Below the pieces are notes generated by a model that was not told where the DNA came from, made no database searches, and saw nothing but the letters and a program-made list of their open reading frames with translations. The position numbers and the translations under genes are program-made. Below, piece by piece: positions 49,640-61,764 of a stretch of 64,000 nucleotides of DNA; the stretch's first letter is position 1, and each line of letters starts with the position of its first letter. Source of the DNA: Leucoraja ocellata (Eukaryota); contig JAWMAR010000204.1 of assembly GCA_036785375.1 (NCBI GenBank), positions 4,030,001 to 4,094,000 of the forward strand, in the 5' to 3' direction.

Positions 49640-50065
49640 GCTGAACGCACTTCTCGGCATCTGCATACAATGGTGTCCGCCTTGTCGCTTCTTGAGCTTC
49701 TTGAGTGTGATGGTGGAAAGATTGGTGGAAGCAGGGCCGCGACGTGAACTCTCTTTCCTGGACGATGGTGTTAGTACCATGTACAGGTGTGCAGCCGTAG
49801 GTGAAGAGGGAGTAGAGGAGGGGGCTCAGCACACAGCCCTGTGGAACGCCGGTGTTCAGGGTGAGGGTTGAAGAGGTGTGCTTGTCTAACCTAACAGACT
49901 GGGTGGGGTCTGGCGGTTAGAAAGTCCAGTATCCAGTTGCAGAGGGAGGAGTCGATGCCCAGGTCGATGAGTTTGGTGATCAGTTTGGAGGGGATAATGG
50001 TGTTCACTGCTGAGCTAAAGTCGATGAACAGCATTCTCACACAGGTGTCTCTGTTGGCGAGGTGG
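49640..50065 (-). mobile_element. Rex1-type RT fragments
   Basis: [22 protein letters not shown] and LSPLLYSLFT motifs. Confidence 0.8.
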
Positions 50066-50567
50066 GATAGATGCTGAAACACCGAGAATCTCACAAGCTA
50101 GTGATGAAACACCGATAATTTATGCAAATACATGAGTAGTTTCACGTTCATCAGCTGAGAAATGAGCAACGAGAAACTATTTGAGAAAAGAGTGGGTATT
50201 CCAACACATTATCCACTCCTGGTTTTGAAGGTCTATTATCAACCTATCACTCAGGATATCCTCACACCAGGAAGTCCACACATACAAGATCGATCTCTGA
50301 AATCGCCAAGAACTACCTCACGCAAGTGTGTCTATTGCCCTTGTTCAAGGTGAAGGTCACCACCTCCCTGAAATGCAGTCTCACAATTCTGCAGCCAGTA
50401 ACTTATAAATCACTGCGGCACAATAAAGGTCAAAATATACAACCTTTATGGTGGGGATTTTTTGACTTTTTGGTTGATGTGACTTTATCATTCAGAGGGG
50501 GATCTGCATTTGCAACATTTCACGAAGCTCAGAGCACGCATTTGTGATCTTACTGAAACCATACCAT

Positions 50568-50850
50568 CTTAGTTTTTAGTTTTTAGTTTTAGAGATGCAG
50601 CGTGGAAACAGGCGTTTCGACCCACTGAGCCCGCGCCGACCAGCGATCCCTGTACACTAGCACCATCCTACACACTAGGGACAATTTACAATTTTTACCG
50701 AAGCCAATTAACCTACAAACCTGTGCATCTTTGGAGTGTGGGAGGAAACTGGAGCACCCGGAGAAAACCCACGCGACCACAGGGAGAACACACAAACTCC
50801 ATACAGGCAGCGCCCGTAGCCAGGATCGAACCAGGGTCTCTGGCGCTGTA
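50568..50850 (-). mobile_element. V-SINE (HE1-like)
   Basis: Reverse-strand V-domain and (CTAAAA)n tail. Confidence 0.8.
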
Positions 50851-51029
50851 ATGTCCTTGGACTAGGAAGATGCCTCCTCCACACACGATTCTACTCCAGA
50901 GAGTGTACGTTTCTCTGCCGCCAGGATATATCAACCCCTTCCCTCCCAACCCAGCACCAGAGAATTCAATCTTCCCTTGTGAACATTCCCTGCTGGCGGG
51001 AAAATTTCTCCACGCATTGTGGCAAGAAT

Positions 51030-51482
51030 GTTGCCTGGGTTTCAGCACCTAAATTACAGAGAAAGGTTGAACAAGATAGGTCTTTATTCTTTGGAGCGCA
51101 GAAGGTTAAGGGGGGACTTGATAGAGGTCTTTAAAATTATGAGAGGGATAGACGTGGATAAGCTTTCCCATTGAGAGTAGGGAAGATTCAAACAAGAGGA
51201 CATGATTTGAGAATTAAGGGACAAAGGTTTAGGGGTAACATGAGGGGGAACTTCTTTACTCAGAGAGTGGTAGCTGTGTGGAATGAGCTTCCAGTGGAAG
51301 TGATGGAGGCAGGTTCGATTTTATCATTTAAAAATAAATTGGATAGGTACATGGACGGGAAAGGAATGGAGGGTTATGGTCTGAGTGCAGGTGGATGGGA
51401 CTAGGGGAGAATAAGTGTTCGGCACAGACTAGAAGGGCAAGATGGCCTGTTTCCGTGCTGTAATTGTTATATGGTTATATGT
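51030..51482 (+). mobile_element. CR1 LINE 3' fragment (second family)
   Basis: TRGHDLRIKG...FFTQRVVAVWNELP motif. Confidence 0.85.
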
Positions 51483-52148
51483 GGCGTGACTGTTTAAAGG
51501 AAGTCAGAGGTGTAAGGATATATGGCAGTAACACGAGGTTTGGGTAATAACGCCTTGTCTGCCTGCATGAAGCACAGCAGCATTTGATAAGAGAAATCAT
51601 CCCATAGTTTTCATGCAGGCACCACTCCTGTCAGAAATGCTCAAAGCCACTTCACAGAGATCGCTAATAGTGATTTAACACTGAAAAATATTGTTGCAAA
51701 ATCAATTCTAAGCTATTATTTTTACCATAACTTTTCTTTTATTTCTTTAAAACCCAGTAAAATGTCTTCAATAGATTTATTTTTAGTTTCCACATATCCC
51801 TATTGTGAGCATTCAAGAAATATTTTTAACTGCTCTGCGGTTTTCTGATTTGCATTTAAAATATCGCTTGCATCTGTCTTTGGAGGGCTCGATATTTCTT
51901 CAGCCACCAGCTCAATATACCTGTTAAACCCTTTAGTTTGTCCTTATTAATACGTAAGTTTTTTTTTTACTTGTTAGTTTTTTCAGCCCATATTACTGTC
52001 ACCATTCTTTGCATCTCACTTCATCTGTGGGTCTCTACTGCTTCTTGCACTGTTTAGAGCCAAAACTGGATTTATTTACTAAGAAAAATCATTGCAAGCT
52101 GTCCAGTTGTGGTTGGATGGATGTCTGAATTAATTTCAGTTGCATTTT

Positions 52149-52236
52149 TTATTTTTAAAACTCCCCAATCAAAGGCAGCGGATCCAGCTTCTGGTTTCTG
52201 TCTAAAGCTATGTCTTAAAATGGAACCGAAAATAGT
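52149..52236 (+). promoter_or_regulatory. JCHAIN proximal promoter: MEF2-consensus site and Ets-IRF composite element
   Basis: TTATTTTTAA (52149-52158) fits YTAWWWWTAR. GGAACCGAAA (52222-52231) fits the EICE consensus GGAANNGAAA. Both lie 140-225 nt upstream of the ATG. Confidence 0.45.
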
Positions 52237-52372
52237 TTGAAGCTAATTAAAGGAACAAATTCAAAAAAACAGGCAAAACACTTTGGTCTTTCGTTTTGTG
52301 TGAGCACTCTGATCAGACTACGTGTAGAGCCACAAGACAAACGGAAGATCAAAGAAGGTGAAGCTCCCAGTT

Positions 52373-55300
52373 ATGAAGAACAAACAAGTACTGAAGCCTT
52401 TTGCAGCAATTCTGCTTTTCACAATTCTTGCAGCAGGTGTGGTGTTTAATTATGACATTTTTCATTGTTCAATGTGATGCGTAAATATTTCCTGTTTTCT
52501 TGGCAATAGAAATCTCAAAAGTATAAAAACTAAAAAATAATGAAGAAGTTTTCTTCCTAAATAATGAGAAGCAACAAGAATGAGTTGACTGTTTGTGGAG
52601 ACAGTGGTACAAGCCTAGATTAGACTAGATGTGAATTGATTTGTGGACTGTACGAGCACTAGAGCGGCACAGTGGTGCAGCTGGTAGAGCTGCTGCCTCA
52701 CAACACCAGGTTCGATCCTGACCTTGGGTGCTGTCTGTGTGGTGTTTGCACGTTCTTTCTGCGATCGCTCGGATTTCCTCGCTGTGTTCTGGTTTTCCCC
52801 CACATTCCAAAGACGTGCGGGTTTGTAGGTTAATTTGCCTCTGTAACTTGTCCCTAATGTGTAGAGAGTGGATGAGAAAGTGGGATAACATAGAACGTGT
52901 GATAGTCGATATATCGATGGTCAGCATGGACTCGAAAGGCTGAAGGGCCTGTTTCCATGGTATATCGTATACTCATGCAGTCTCTTTGCAGATGAATATG
53001 ATCACCTCCGCATGCAGCGGTCCCAGTGAATTATGAATGATAACATTGTTCTTGCTGTGTATCCCGTGGCCATGAATGTGCATCTTTGGCATATCTTGAC
53101 TTTTTTTAAATAGAAGTTACTAATTGTGTAATTCCTCCCAAACCTGAGCACCCACTTAAAATGAGTTTCTGCTACAGAGGTTTTAGTTTCTACTCACCAT
53201 AAATTAACTCCAGATTACCGGTAGTTCCAATGTCAATCTGTAACACATGGACCTGAAGAAAGGGAATATTAATTCCCAACTCATCAATTGAGGAGCTCGG
53301 ATTCTTTATTTCCATTTAGTTATTTAAGCAAAGTGTCATAACAGGTCCTAAAGCATCCCATACTGATATCCATACCCAAGCAGATAGGACACTGCTATAT
53401 TGGGCCTCCTTGACTATTAATTAAGACTTTTAGAAATAAATAAAACAAAAATAAACTAAAAAACTTAATGAAAAGATTTAAAATTCAAGTAAAATGCAAT
53501 TGTTGAATATAAATGTATAAATAAATGGTCAGATTCACAAAAGGTTATTACAATTTTTAAAATCACATATAAAGCAAATTTAAAAACTGTTCTGTTTCCT
53601 AAAACTCTACTACATTTCAAAGACTCCAAAATACATTATTTCATGAATTAATTCAAATGAACTAATAAATGAGTGTTAACTTTGATGATACGTGCAATTT
53701 TTTTCATGTTCTTGCATTTATTACTTGACTACCCTCTACCTCAACCCGATCAATGCGAGTTGAACCTGGTGCCGAACGCATACTCACTGCCAAAAACGAG
53801 ACATTTACGTTTCTAACGCCAGCCATTATAATACTATTTTTGAATAAGATAACCACATCTTTGCTCAGAGCGACGTCAGGAGTGCATGTTAAGTAATAAA
53901 TGGAAGAAATTGAAAAAAGAATCGCAAGCATCACCAAGGTTAAAACCAAAAATCTAATTTTTAATATAAATGCATTTTGAAAAATAACACTACTAGGGAA
54001 GATCTATCTGGTAAAAGATACCAGTGAGATTGTATTGAACACTAAGTGAACGGAGCACTTTTGAAATTAATATCTTATATCCCGAGGGAAATAAAATATC
54101 AACGACACAAAACAAAACGCAAATCAAAGGAAAATTGAATGAATGTAAATGGTAAAAGCTAAAGGAAAAACATAATGGATTTTTGGTAAATAAATCTTCA
54201 AGGCATGATGATTTTCACTGTAGGAATTTTTTTTAAATCTTAAGTATTGTAAAATAATTTATATCATTTTTCAGAGCTCTGCTATCACCACATTATTTTA
54301 GATGAGATAAACCAGATAACCACAAATCCGTCGGCTTAGATATTATTCCGGTCCCCATGTTTGTGATGAATGTTTATGGCATGTTGGTGGGCCAGCACTC
54401 ATCTGCCAGAAGGTACAGAGATCTGTGAAACAGAGTGACTGAGCAACTACAGTTCACATTCTATGTCCATTTAGATATCATGTCAAATCTCCACACTCGT
54501 ACTTGCTACATCGCTGGGTAGCAATGTTGGTTGTGATGAGGGTGCAGAGGCTTCAGGAAAACAGGCAGGAACTGATTGTGGCAACATGTACATTTGTACA
54601 CTTTGGTAGAAAAAATTGAAAGGTAGCGTCTTTTTAAGTAATTAAAGATTGAATGACGTGATAGAGGAATCTGCGTGACCATTTACATGAATTACTAAAA
54701 GATAGCATGCAGGCACAACATGTCTTGAGTTATGTTGGCTTTTATTGCAAGAGGATTCGAGTACAAAAATACAAATGGCTTAAACAATTATCTAGGTTTA
54801 CTGAGGCTGCATTTAAAATATTGTGTACATAGAAACATAGAAAATAGTTGCAGGAGGAGGCCATTCGGCCCTTCAAGCCAGCACAGCCATTCATTGTGAT
54901 CATGGCTGATCGTCCCCTATCAATAACCCGTGCCTGCCTTCTCCCCATATCCCTTGACTCCACTAGCCCCTAGAGCTCTATCTAACTCTCTCTTAAATAC
55001 ATCCAGTGGTTTGGCCTCCACTGCCCTCTGTGGCAGGGAATTCCATAAATACATTCATACATACAAACATCAGGAGAAGTATAAAGAACAGGGGAGAGAC
55101 AAGACTTTGCCTTCCATCACAGTGAGGAGGTGTTTGGAGATTCAATGTGATGGATGTTTGTGTAAATTGTGTTAATTGTGTGTCTTGTTTTTTTTTTCTT
55201 CTTCGTACAACTGCAGAAACGACATTTTGTTTGAACTTAGGTTCAAACGCCAATAAACGGTATTTTATCTTATCTTATCTTACCTTATAGTTTTTTTTCT

Positions 55301-58300
55301 GTACTCGCAAGCCAATTAACAGATACGTTCAATTTGCGCCTGGATTTGCTGGACATTGTAACTTCCACACTTATTATAAATGCTACTGATTCAGAAAGCT
55401 AATAACCATGTCTATTTTCTTACAGCTGATGCTGAAAGCCACCTTCTAGTTAAATCAGAATGTAAATGCATGACTGTCACAGCCAAAACAGTTGTTTCTG
55501 CATTGCCTAATGGCGAACCTGTGGAGCAGCTCATGAGGGATATACACATTGTGTAAGTAAATGCATTTTTACATGTCAACTAGACCAAGTGCAGACCCGT
55601 TGGGTCTGTTTTCCCAAAGCGCATTTGCAAGGGGGGGGGGGGTCAATGTACCCACATGGTTGAAAACAAGAAAAGACTAATTATTGGAGACTGTAGGCAT
55701 TTTTGTGCTGCGGTTCATCCAATCCTTATCACTAAAAGGAGGCAATCAATATACATGTCAGAGTCAGACCATCTTCTTCCTTCGTGTGGCGTGTACAGCC
55801 TAAAGTTGTTGAACAACTTGTTCTATTTGATTTTCCATTTGTGTACGTCGAGTCGATTGCATTAGTCGAAACAGGGCGGACCACGTGAAGGTTGCAATCT
55901 TCCACCCCAGAGTCAGACCATAACACAACCCCTAACAACCATTCTGATTCCTTGCTTGAGTTATTTCCTGCTTGCTCTGTATTCCCCGAAGGCCCTGTCT
56001 GATTTCATCTTCCTGAACCTTACATATGTTTCCTTTTACTTTTTGACCAAATTTAAAACGTCTCTTATCACCCAAGGCTCTCTTCCTTTGCCATCTTTCT
56101 CCCTCCTCCTTGCTGGAACATGCTGATCCTCAACTCTGATTAACTCTGATACTTTTTAGCTAAATACCAAATATCTGATGTGGACTTCTCCATAAATGCT
56201 GCTCCCAATATGCTCTCCGAAGCTCCTGCCGAATAATGTTATACTCTGCTTTATCCAAATTTAGTACTTTTGTCAATTGGTCCAGATTTTTCCCTCTTCA
56301 TAACTATCTTAAAACTTATGGAGTTGTGATCACAGTTCCTAAAATGTTCTTCCACAGAAACACCTGACCAGGTTCATTTCCCAATACAGGTCCAGTATGG
56401 TCCCTCCACTAGTTGAACAATCCACAAATTGGTTCAAGAAACCCTTTTGGATGCACCTTACAAATTCTGCCCTGTCCTAATCTTTTGCACTAAGGAAATC
56501 CCAGTCAATATTGGGGAAGTTAAATTCACTCATTATAACACCACCATTAATATTGACTCTTCCCACAGTCTATCTACATATCTGTCCCTCTATCTCCTGC
56601 TGGCTATTGTGAGGACTATAGTATAATCCCATCAGAGTGATTGCAGGTTTCTTATTTTTGAGCTTTCCTCATATTACCTCAGTGGATGAGCCCTCTGTGC
56701 CTTCTCTGAGTGCCACTGTGACATTCTCCCTGATTAGTAATGCAAATCCTCCGCCTCTTTACCTCCCTCTCTATTACGTCTGAAACATTAAAACTCTGAA
56801 AACATTGTGCTGTCAGTCCTGTCCCTCTCGCAACCAAGTCTCCATAATGGCCACAACATTATAGTTCCATGCCACTACGAGATGAATTACCCTGACATGC
56901 TCCAATTATTCATGTTGGTGCATATTTCTCTAAATAAAGTGAACACTGTCGCTGCACAAAGATAAACATTGAAAATAGTGGTATCCATAGTGAAGATTGC
57001 CACAGAGAACTGACCATGTCTTCACTGAATGAAGAGTTATGCCCTGTCCCACTTAGCAAACCTGAACGGAAACCTCTGGAGACTTTGCGCCCCACCCAAG
57101 GTTTCCGTGTGGTTCCCAGAGGTTTTTGTCAGTCTCCCTACCTGCTTCCACTACCTGCAACCTCCGGCAACCACCTGCAACCTCCGGGAACCGCACGGAA
57201 ACCTTGGGTGGGGCGCAAAGTCTCCAGAGGTTTCCCGTTCAGGTTTCCTAAGTGGGACAGGGGCATAAGCTGTTGTTTTGTTTGCTGGGCGGGCAATTCA
57301 TAGAAAAAGTAGTAGGGGTGGCACAGTAGTAGAGTTGCTGCCTTACAGCGCCAGTGACCTGCATTCCATCCTGATTACGGGTGCTCACTCTGTGGAGTTT
57401 GTACGTTCTCCCTGTGACCACGTGGGTTTTCTCCAGGTGCTCTGGTTTCCCCTCACACTCCAAAGTTGTACAGGTTTGTAAATTTAATTGCCTTCCGTAT
57501 GTTGTACAAAAATTGTCACTAATATGTAGGATATTGTTAATATAGTATATGGGGAGATCGGCGGTTGGCACGGACTCGGTGGGCTGAAGGGCCTGTTTTC
57601 TAAAGTAATGTCTAGTGACTATAAGAAGTACTAGGCTATGGAAAAGAATAGATGTATCTAATCATCTGTGAAAGACCAATCCATCCCTGAATGTCCTAAC
57701 ATAATGCAATACCTTTCCATTTCATTATGTGAAAGACAACTTCCTGGAATAATTTCCAAGAGATAATGAATTTACAAGCTGAATTAAAAAGTTCACTGCA
57801 TATTATTTTCTGGAGCAACCTTATATCATCCAAAACCAACTCAGTTTCAACTTGGTATAGTCTTTATACTGGGTGAGGTTTGCTATTTAACGTGTACAAT
57901 CATTATGCAGGATGCTGTTCTTTTCTATTGCTACAGTAATTACTACTTAGCCATAGGCAATAATCTTCAAATGATTATTTTAATTCTTGACTTTCTTCCT
58001 TCAATTACTGATATTGCCTACTCACATCTACAATGGTTGGACAATCACAGCTGTCCATGCTGTCAGCTGAAAGGTCTCCATGTGCAGAATGACTTCATGG
58101 CATTTGGCTGCCAATTTCTGGCAATGTTAAAATGGGTCTTAATTGTTCTTTTATTGCAGAGTTCCCACGAGGAGCAGAGAGAACCTTTCAGATCCAACCT
58201 CCCCTCTTCGGAGCAAGTTTGTCTACAAAATTTCAGATTTGTATGATTTATATTTTTATCTCTTTTTTTGTGCAATTTATAATTAGAGCAGGTTTCAGAA

Positions 58301-60995
58301 CACAGCCTACACCTGACATCTGGGAAATAGATCTGGTATTCAAATTTTAATACGTGGTGTAATTCGCAACAACAGCTACAATCAGGCCTCCTTGAGCCAT
58401 TTCTGAATATTCAGCAACAACTGAATAACTCAGGCTGAACGGTGGTGTCATTAGTAGAGCGGCTGTCTTCTGCTCCTGTGATCTTAGCCCCAGACCTCGG
58501 CTGCTGTTTCATGGAGTTTGTACTATTTCTCTGTGACTATGTGGGATCCTGAATATTCTGGTTTCCTCCACGTTTATAAATCATGAAGGTTGGCGGGTTA
58601 CCAGGCCATTCTCTATCACCGCTAATGTGTAGATGAGTGGTAGAATCTGAGGAAACGTTAATCGTGAATGTGGGGAGAATAAAACGAATTAGTGTTAAAT
58701 AATTAGGATTCGTGTTAAATCGGATGCATGATGGTTTGCTGCTGACTAGGTGAGCCAACAGACCCATCTCCCTGCTGTTTTTCAATATGACTCCATCATT
58801 GTATGAAAGCTTCAGTTGGACATTTTGGCAAAAAGGAGATCTAAAGGTATATTCAGAATAGTTTTAGTTTTTAATATTGCCAGAAGAACCATCTTCGCAG
58901 ATAAGTGAACGGGTAAAATAGTCAAAACAACTGAGTAAATCAGCAGAAAAAGACACAAAATGCAGGAGTAACGCAGCGGGTCAGGCAGCATCTCTGGAGA
59001 ACGTGGATGTGATGTTTCGGGTCAGGAGCCTTCTGCAGACCTCCTTGTATCTACAAGGAAATGAGCAGAATGTTTACATATCGAGGGTTATTCAGATTTG
59101 TGATACATCATTATACATAATGTGAAAGAGCAACTTCCAATAACAATAGAAACTATATTTAAAGAGGACTCATTTGCAGAGTTTGGGAGAAAAAGCTGGA
59201 AGTGGGTATGAACTTCACATTTATGTTGAGACACCACAAACATGGCAGTCTGAATGATTTCCAATGTTCCAAAGTTGTGCTCAATGGCATATTGACAATG
59301 GTGAAAGGACAACAAAATAAGTGGTGATATGTGGTTTAGATTAAAACCAGAATGTACCTAACAGTTCATGTTCTCATGGCTCAGATATAACTGATGGAAG
59401 TTTCCTTTAAATGCATAAAGGGATCTTTTATTTATTTGATAAATAGTTCCAAGACAATTCTCTGTCATGTTTTCATTCATGTTGCGTTGGTTTGACGGAT
59501 CGACTTCAAGTGAAATGATAGGGAACACCTATATTTACACAGTTAAATATTTTTATGGCTTTCTTCCAATGTAAGTATGAAGGACCCTTGGTTGACGTGG
59601 GATATTGAGGCATTGGAAAGGAAAATGGAGGCATATTTCAGGGATAGGCATCTGGGATCAAGTGAGTCCCTTGAGGAGTATAAGAGATGTAGGGCTATAC
59701 TGAAGAAGGAAATCAGGAGGGCAAGAAGAGGAACTCCTGAATAGTAAGTTTGTGGACTACATCAATATTGGTGATGTAGTGGATAATGAAGACAGTTATC
59801 TAAGATGACAACAGGAGTTGGATGAATTGGGGGAGGAATATAGTAAATATAATGCTATTTGATATAATAAATCAAATAGTACTTTATCTCTGAGGGGACC
59901 GTTCTCCTCTAAATGATATTAATGTGAGAACTCTTTGCATTAAATGTAACAAAAAATGTTTTGAACTACAAAAAATATTAAACTTTAGAATACCTGCAGG
60001 ATACATAGATGGCCAAAGGGAATTGCAGATGGAATTTCTTAAGGAATTGCAGATGGAATTTAACTTTGACAAGTGCCTATTGCAAGTTAAACCTGGGCAT
60101 GATGTACACAGTGAATGGTAGGACCCTGGAGAGTATTGTAGAATGCAGGGGCTTAGAGTTACATGTGCATTGTTCCCTGAAAGTGGCAACACAGATAGAA
60201 AGGGGGGGGGGGTGGGGGGGGGGGGGGGGGGATGAAGAAGGTGCTTGGCACACTTCTCTTCATTGGTTCGGGGCTATTTCCATTGACTATAGCAATGTGG
60301 ACATCATGTCACAGTTGTAAAAGTGGTGGTGAGACCACACTTGGTGTTCTCCGTGCAGTCCTGCTCGCCAAGCTACAGGAAATATGTCATCAATCTGATA
60401 AGGGGATAGAAGAGATTTATGGGGATGTAACAGGAATTGGAGGGCTTGAGTTACAAAGAGAGGCGAAATGGGCTGGGATTTTGACCCCTGGATTGTCGGA
60501 GGTAGAGTGGAGACCTTATAGAGGTGTATGTGATCAGGAGGAGTGTGAAGAAAGTGGATGGTCACAGCATATTCCCAGAGCAGGGATTCTAAAACTAGAG
60601 AGCATAGATTTAAGGTGAGGGGGGGAGGATTTCAAGGTATAATTTTCATCCATGTAGATGGTGATGGGCTTAGAGAACGAGCTACCAGAATGAGTTGTAG
60701 AGGTTGATATAGTTACAATGTTTAAAAACATTTGGACAGATAAGTGGATAGAAAAGATTCAGAGGGATAGAGGAAACTGGGCTAGCTCAGTTTGACATGT
60801 TGGTCAGCATGGGGGAGTTGGCATATTTCTGTGCGGCATAGCTCTATGACTGTGTTAATGAGAAATATATATTTGATTGATTGTATATTTTGTTGCAGCT
60901 GCAAGAATTGCAACCAAAAGCCAACTTTACCTGAAGAGCCCCAATGCAAACCCCCACCTCCCCCTGCAGACACCTGCTACGGCCGTGACATCTAG
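52373..60995 (+). CDS. JCHAIN: Immunoglobulin J chain; coding exons 52373-52436, 55426-55552, 58160-58240, 60899-60995 (64+127+81+97 nt = 122 aa + stop)
   Basis: Spliced translation with GT-AG introns (phases 1,2,2): MKNKQVLKPFAAILLFTILAA-ADAESHLLVKSECKCMTVTAKTVVSALPNGEPVEQLMRDIHIV-VPTRSRENLSDPTSPLRSKFVYKISDF-CKNCNQKPTLPEEPQCKPPPPPADTCYGRDI*. It contains the J-chain hallmarks CKC, RENxSDPTSPLR (N-glycosylation block), FVY, CKxC and TCY, plus a hydrophobic signal peptide. Confidence 0.95.
52662..52962 (+). mobile_element. V-SINE in JCHAIN intron 1
   Basis: tRNA-like head GGCACAGTGGTGCAGCTGGTAG, B-box GGTTCGATCC and V-domain. Confidence 0.8.
54826..55285. mobile_element. CR1 3' end (-, 54826-55050) abutting a retroelement tail (+, 55050-55285, (TTATC)n)
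   Basis: CR1 3'UTR motifs; tail module shared with 9840-10008. Confidence 0.7.
55580..55645 (-). mobile_element. Helitron 3' terminus in JCHAIN intron 2
   Basis: CTAGACCAAGTGCAGACCCGTTGGGTCTG is the reverse complement of the termini at 29809 and 30412. Confidence 0.7.
57040..57265. mobile_element. PIF/Harbinger-like MITE in JCHAIN intron 2
   Basis: Long TIRs TGCCCTGTCCCACTTAG...CCTCTGGAGACTTTGCGCCCCACCCAAGGTTTCCGTG; TTA/TAA flanks. Confidence 0.85.
57315..57600 (+). mobile_element. V-SINE (a more decayed copy lies at ~58435-58785)
   Basis: Head and V-domain as in other copies. Confidence 0.75.
59570..60850 (+). mobile_element. Old degenerate CR1 fragments in JCHAIN intron 3
   Basis: WQMEFNxDKC-like and VRPHL-like remnants; CR1 3'UTR remnant just before exon 4. 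Confidence 0.65.
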
Positions 60996-61764
60996 AGAAC
61001 GCCAATACCGTAAATACACCATGGCAACCAAATTGATGCTGTGTGGAATCCCAAACTCCACTGGAATCCACAGCCTACAGCGCCCTCTACTGAAACAACA
61101 CATGATTCGGCCTCCATGTCAGATGCTGTTCCCATAACTACATTGTGTTTTCTTTAAATGCATTTTTAGCTTTATATAGTTGCTTTGCTTTTTGTCTTAA
61201 TTGAACATATAAAATGCTTCGTTGCTCCAAAACTTGTTTTGTGCAAATCCCGTTCTTTGACTTGTAGCATCATTTCTAATTTGTCATAGTTTGCTTGTAC
61301 TTTGTTTGATGACTGAAGGCCACATGTCAATGCAGCAGACCACCACTCAGTAGGTTTTGTAGATACAGAAATATCTTCACACATGGGCCTGAATCCTGTG
61401 ATCAGCAGCAAAGCAAAAACACCCACTATTCCAGGGAATCGCTGGTAAGTAGGGTCTTCAAACAGACTGATACTCATAAGTCTCAAACAGAATGCAAAAG
61501 GTGCAATTGGTGATAAGTGCTTCAAACAACATATAGAGCACAAATGCATCAGAGAAAAGAGTCAGTGAATTTTATAAATATTTTTAAAATACTGTTTTCA
61601 TTATTCCTACGTATTCATACTTTCAAATACTTTGGAATAAACACAATCCACAAATATAAAAGTAATTCTTAACGGGCAAAAGATTATTTTTGCAAGCGTA
61701 AAGTTTACTATCCCCATTAAAAATGTCATTATAACTTTTAATTTAAAAAACGAAACACGCTTGA

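Noticed and set aside
50326-50386. Minus-strand EVVTFTLNKGNRHTCV, vaguely like a chemokine exon 3
   Set aside because: Stops immediately after, has the wrong exon boundary for CXCL, and no CxC exon was found nearby.
52992-53030. Possible extra JCHAIN exon after TCTTTGCAG (DEYDHLRMQRSQ*)
   Set aside because: In-frame stop and no good donor; the four-exon model is already complete.
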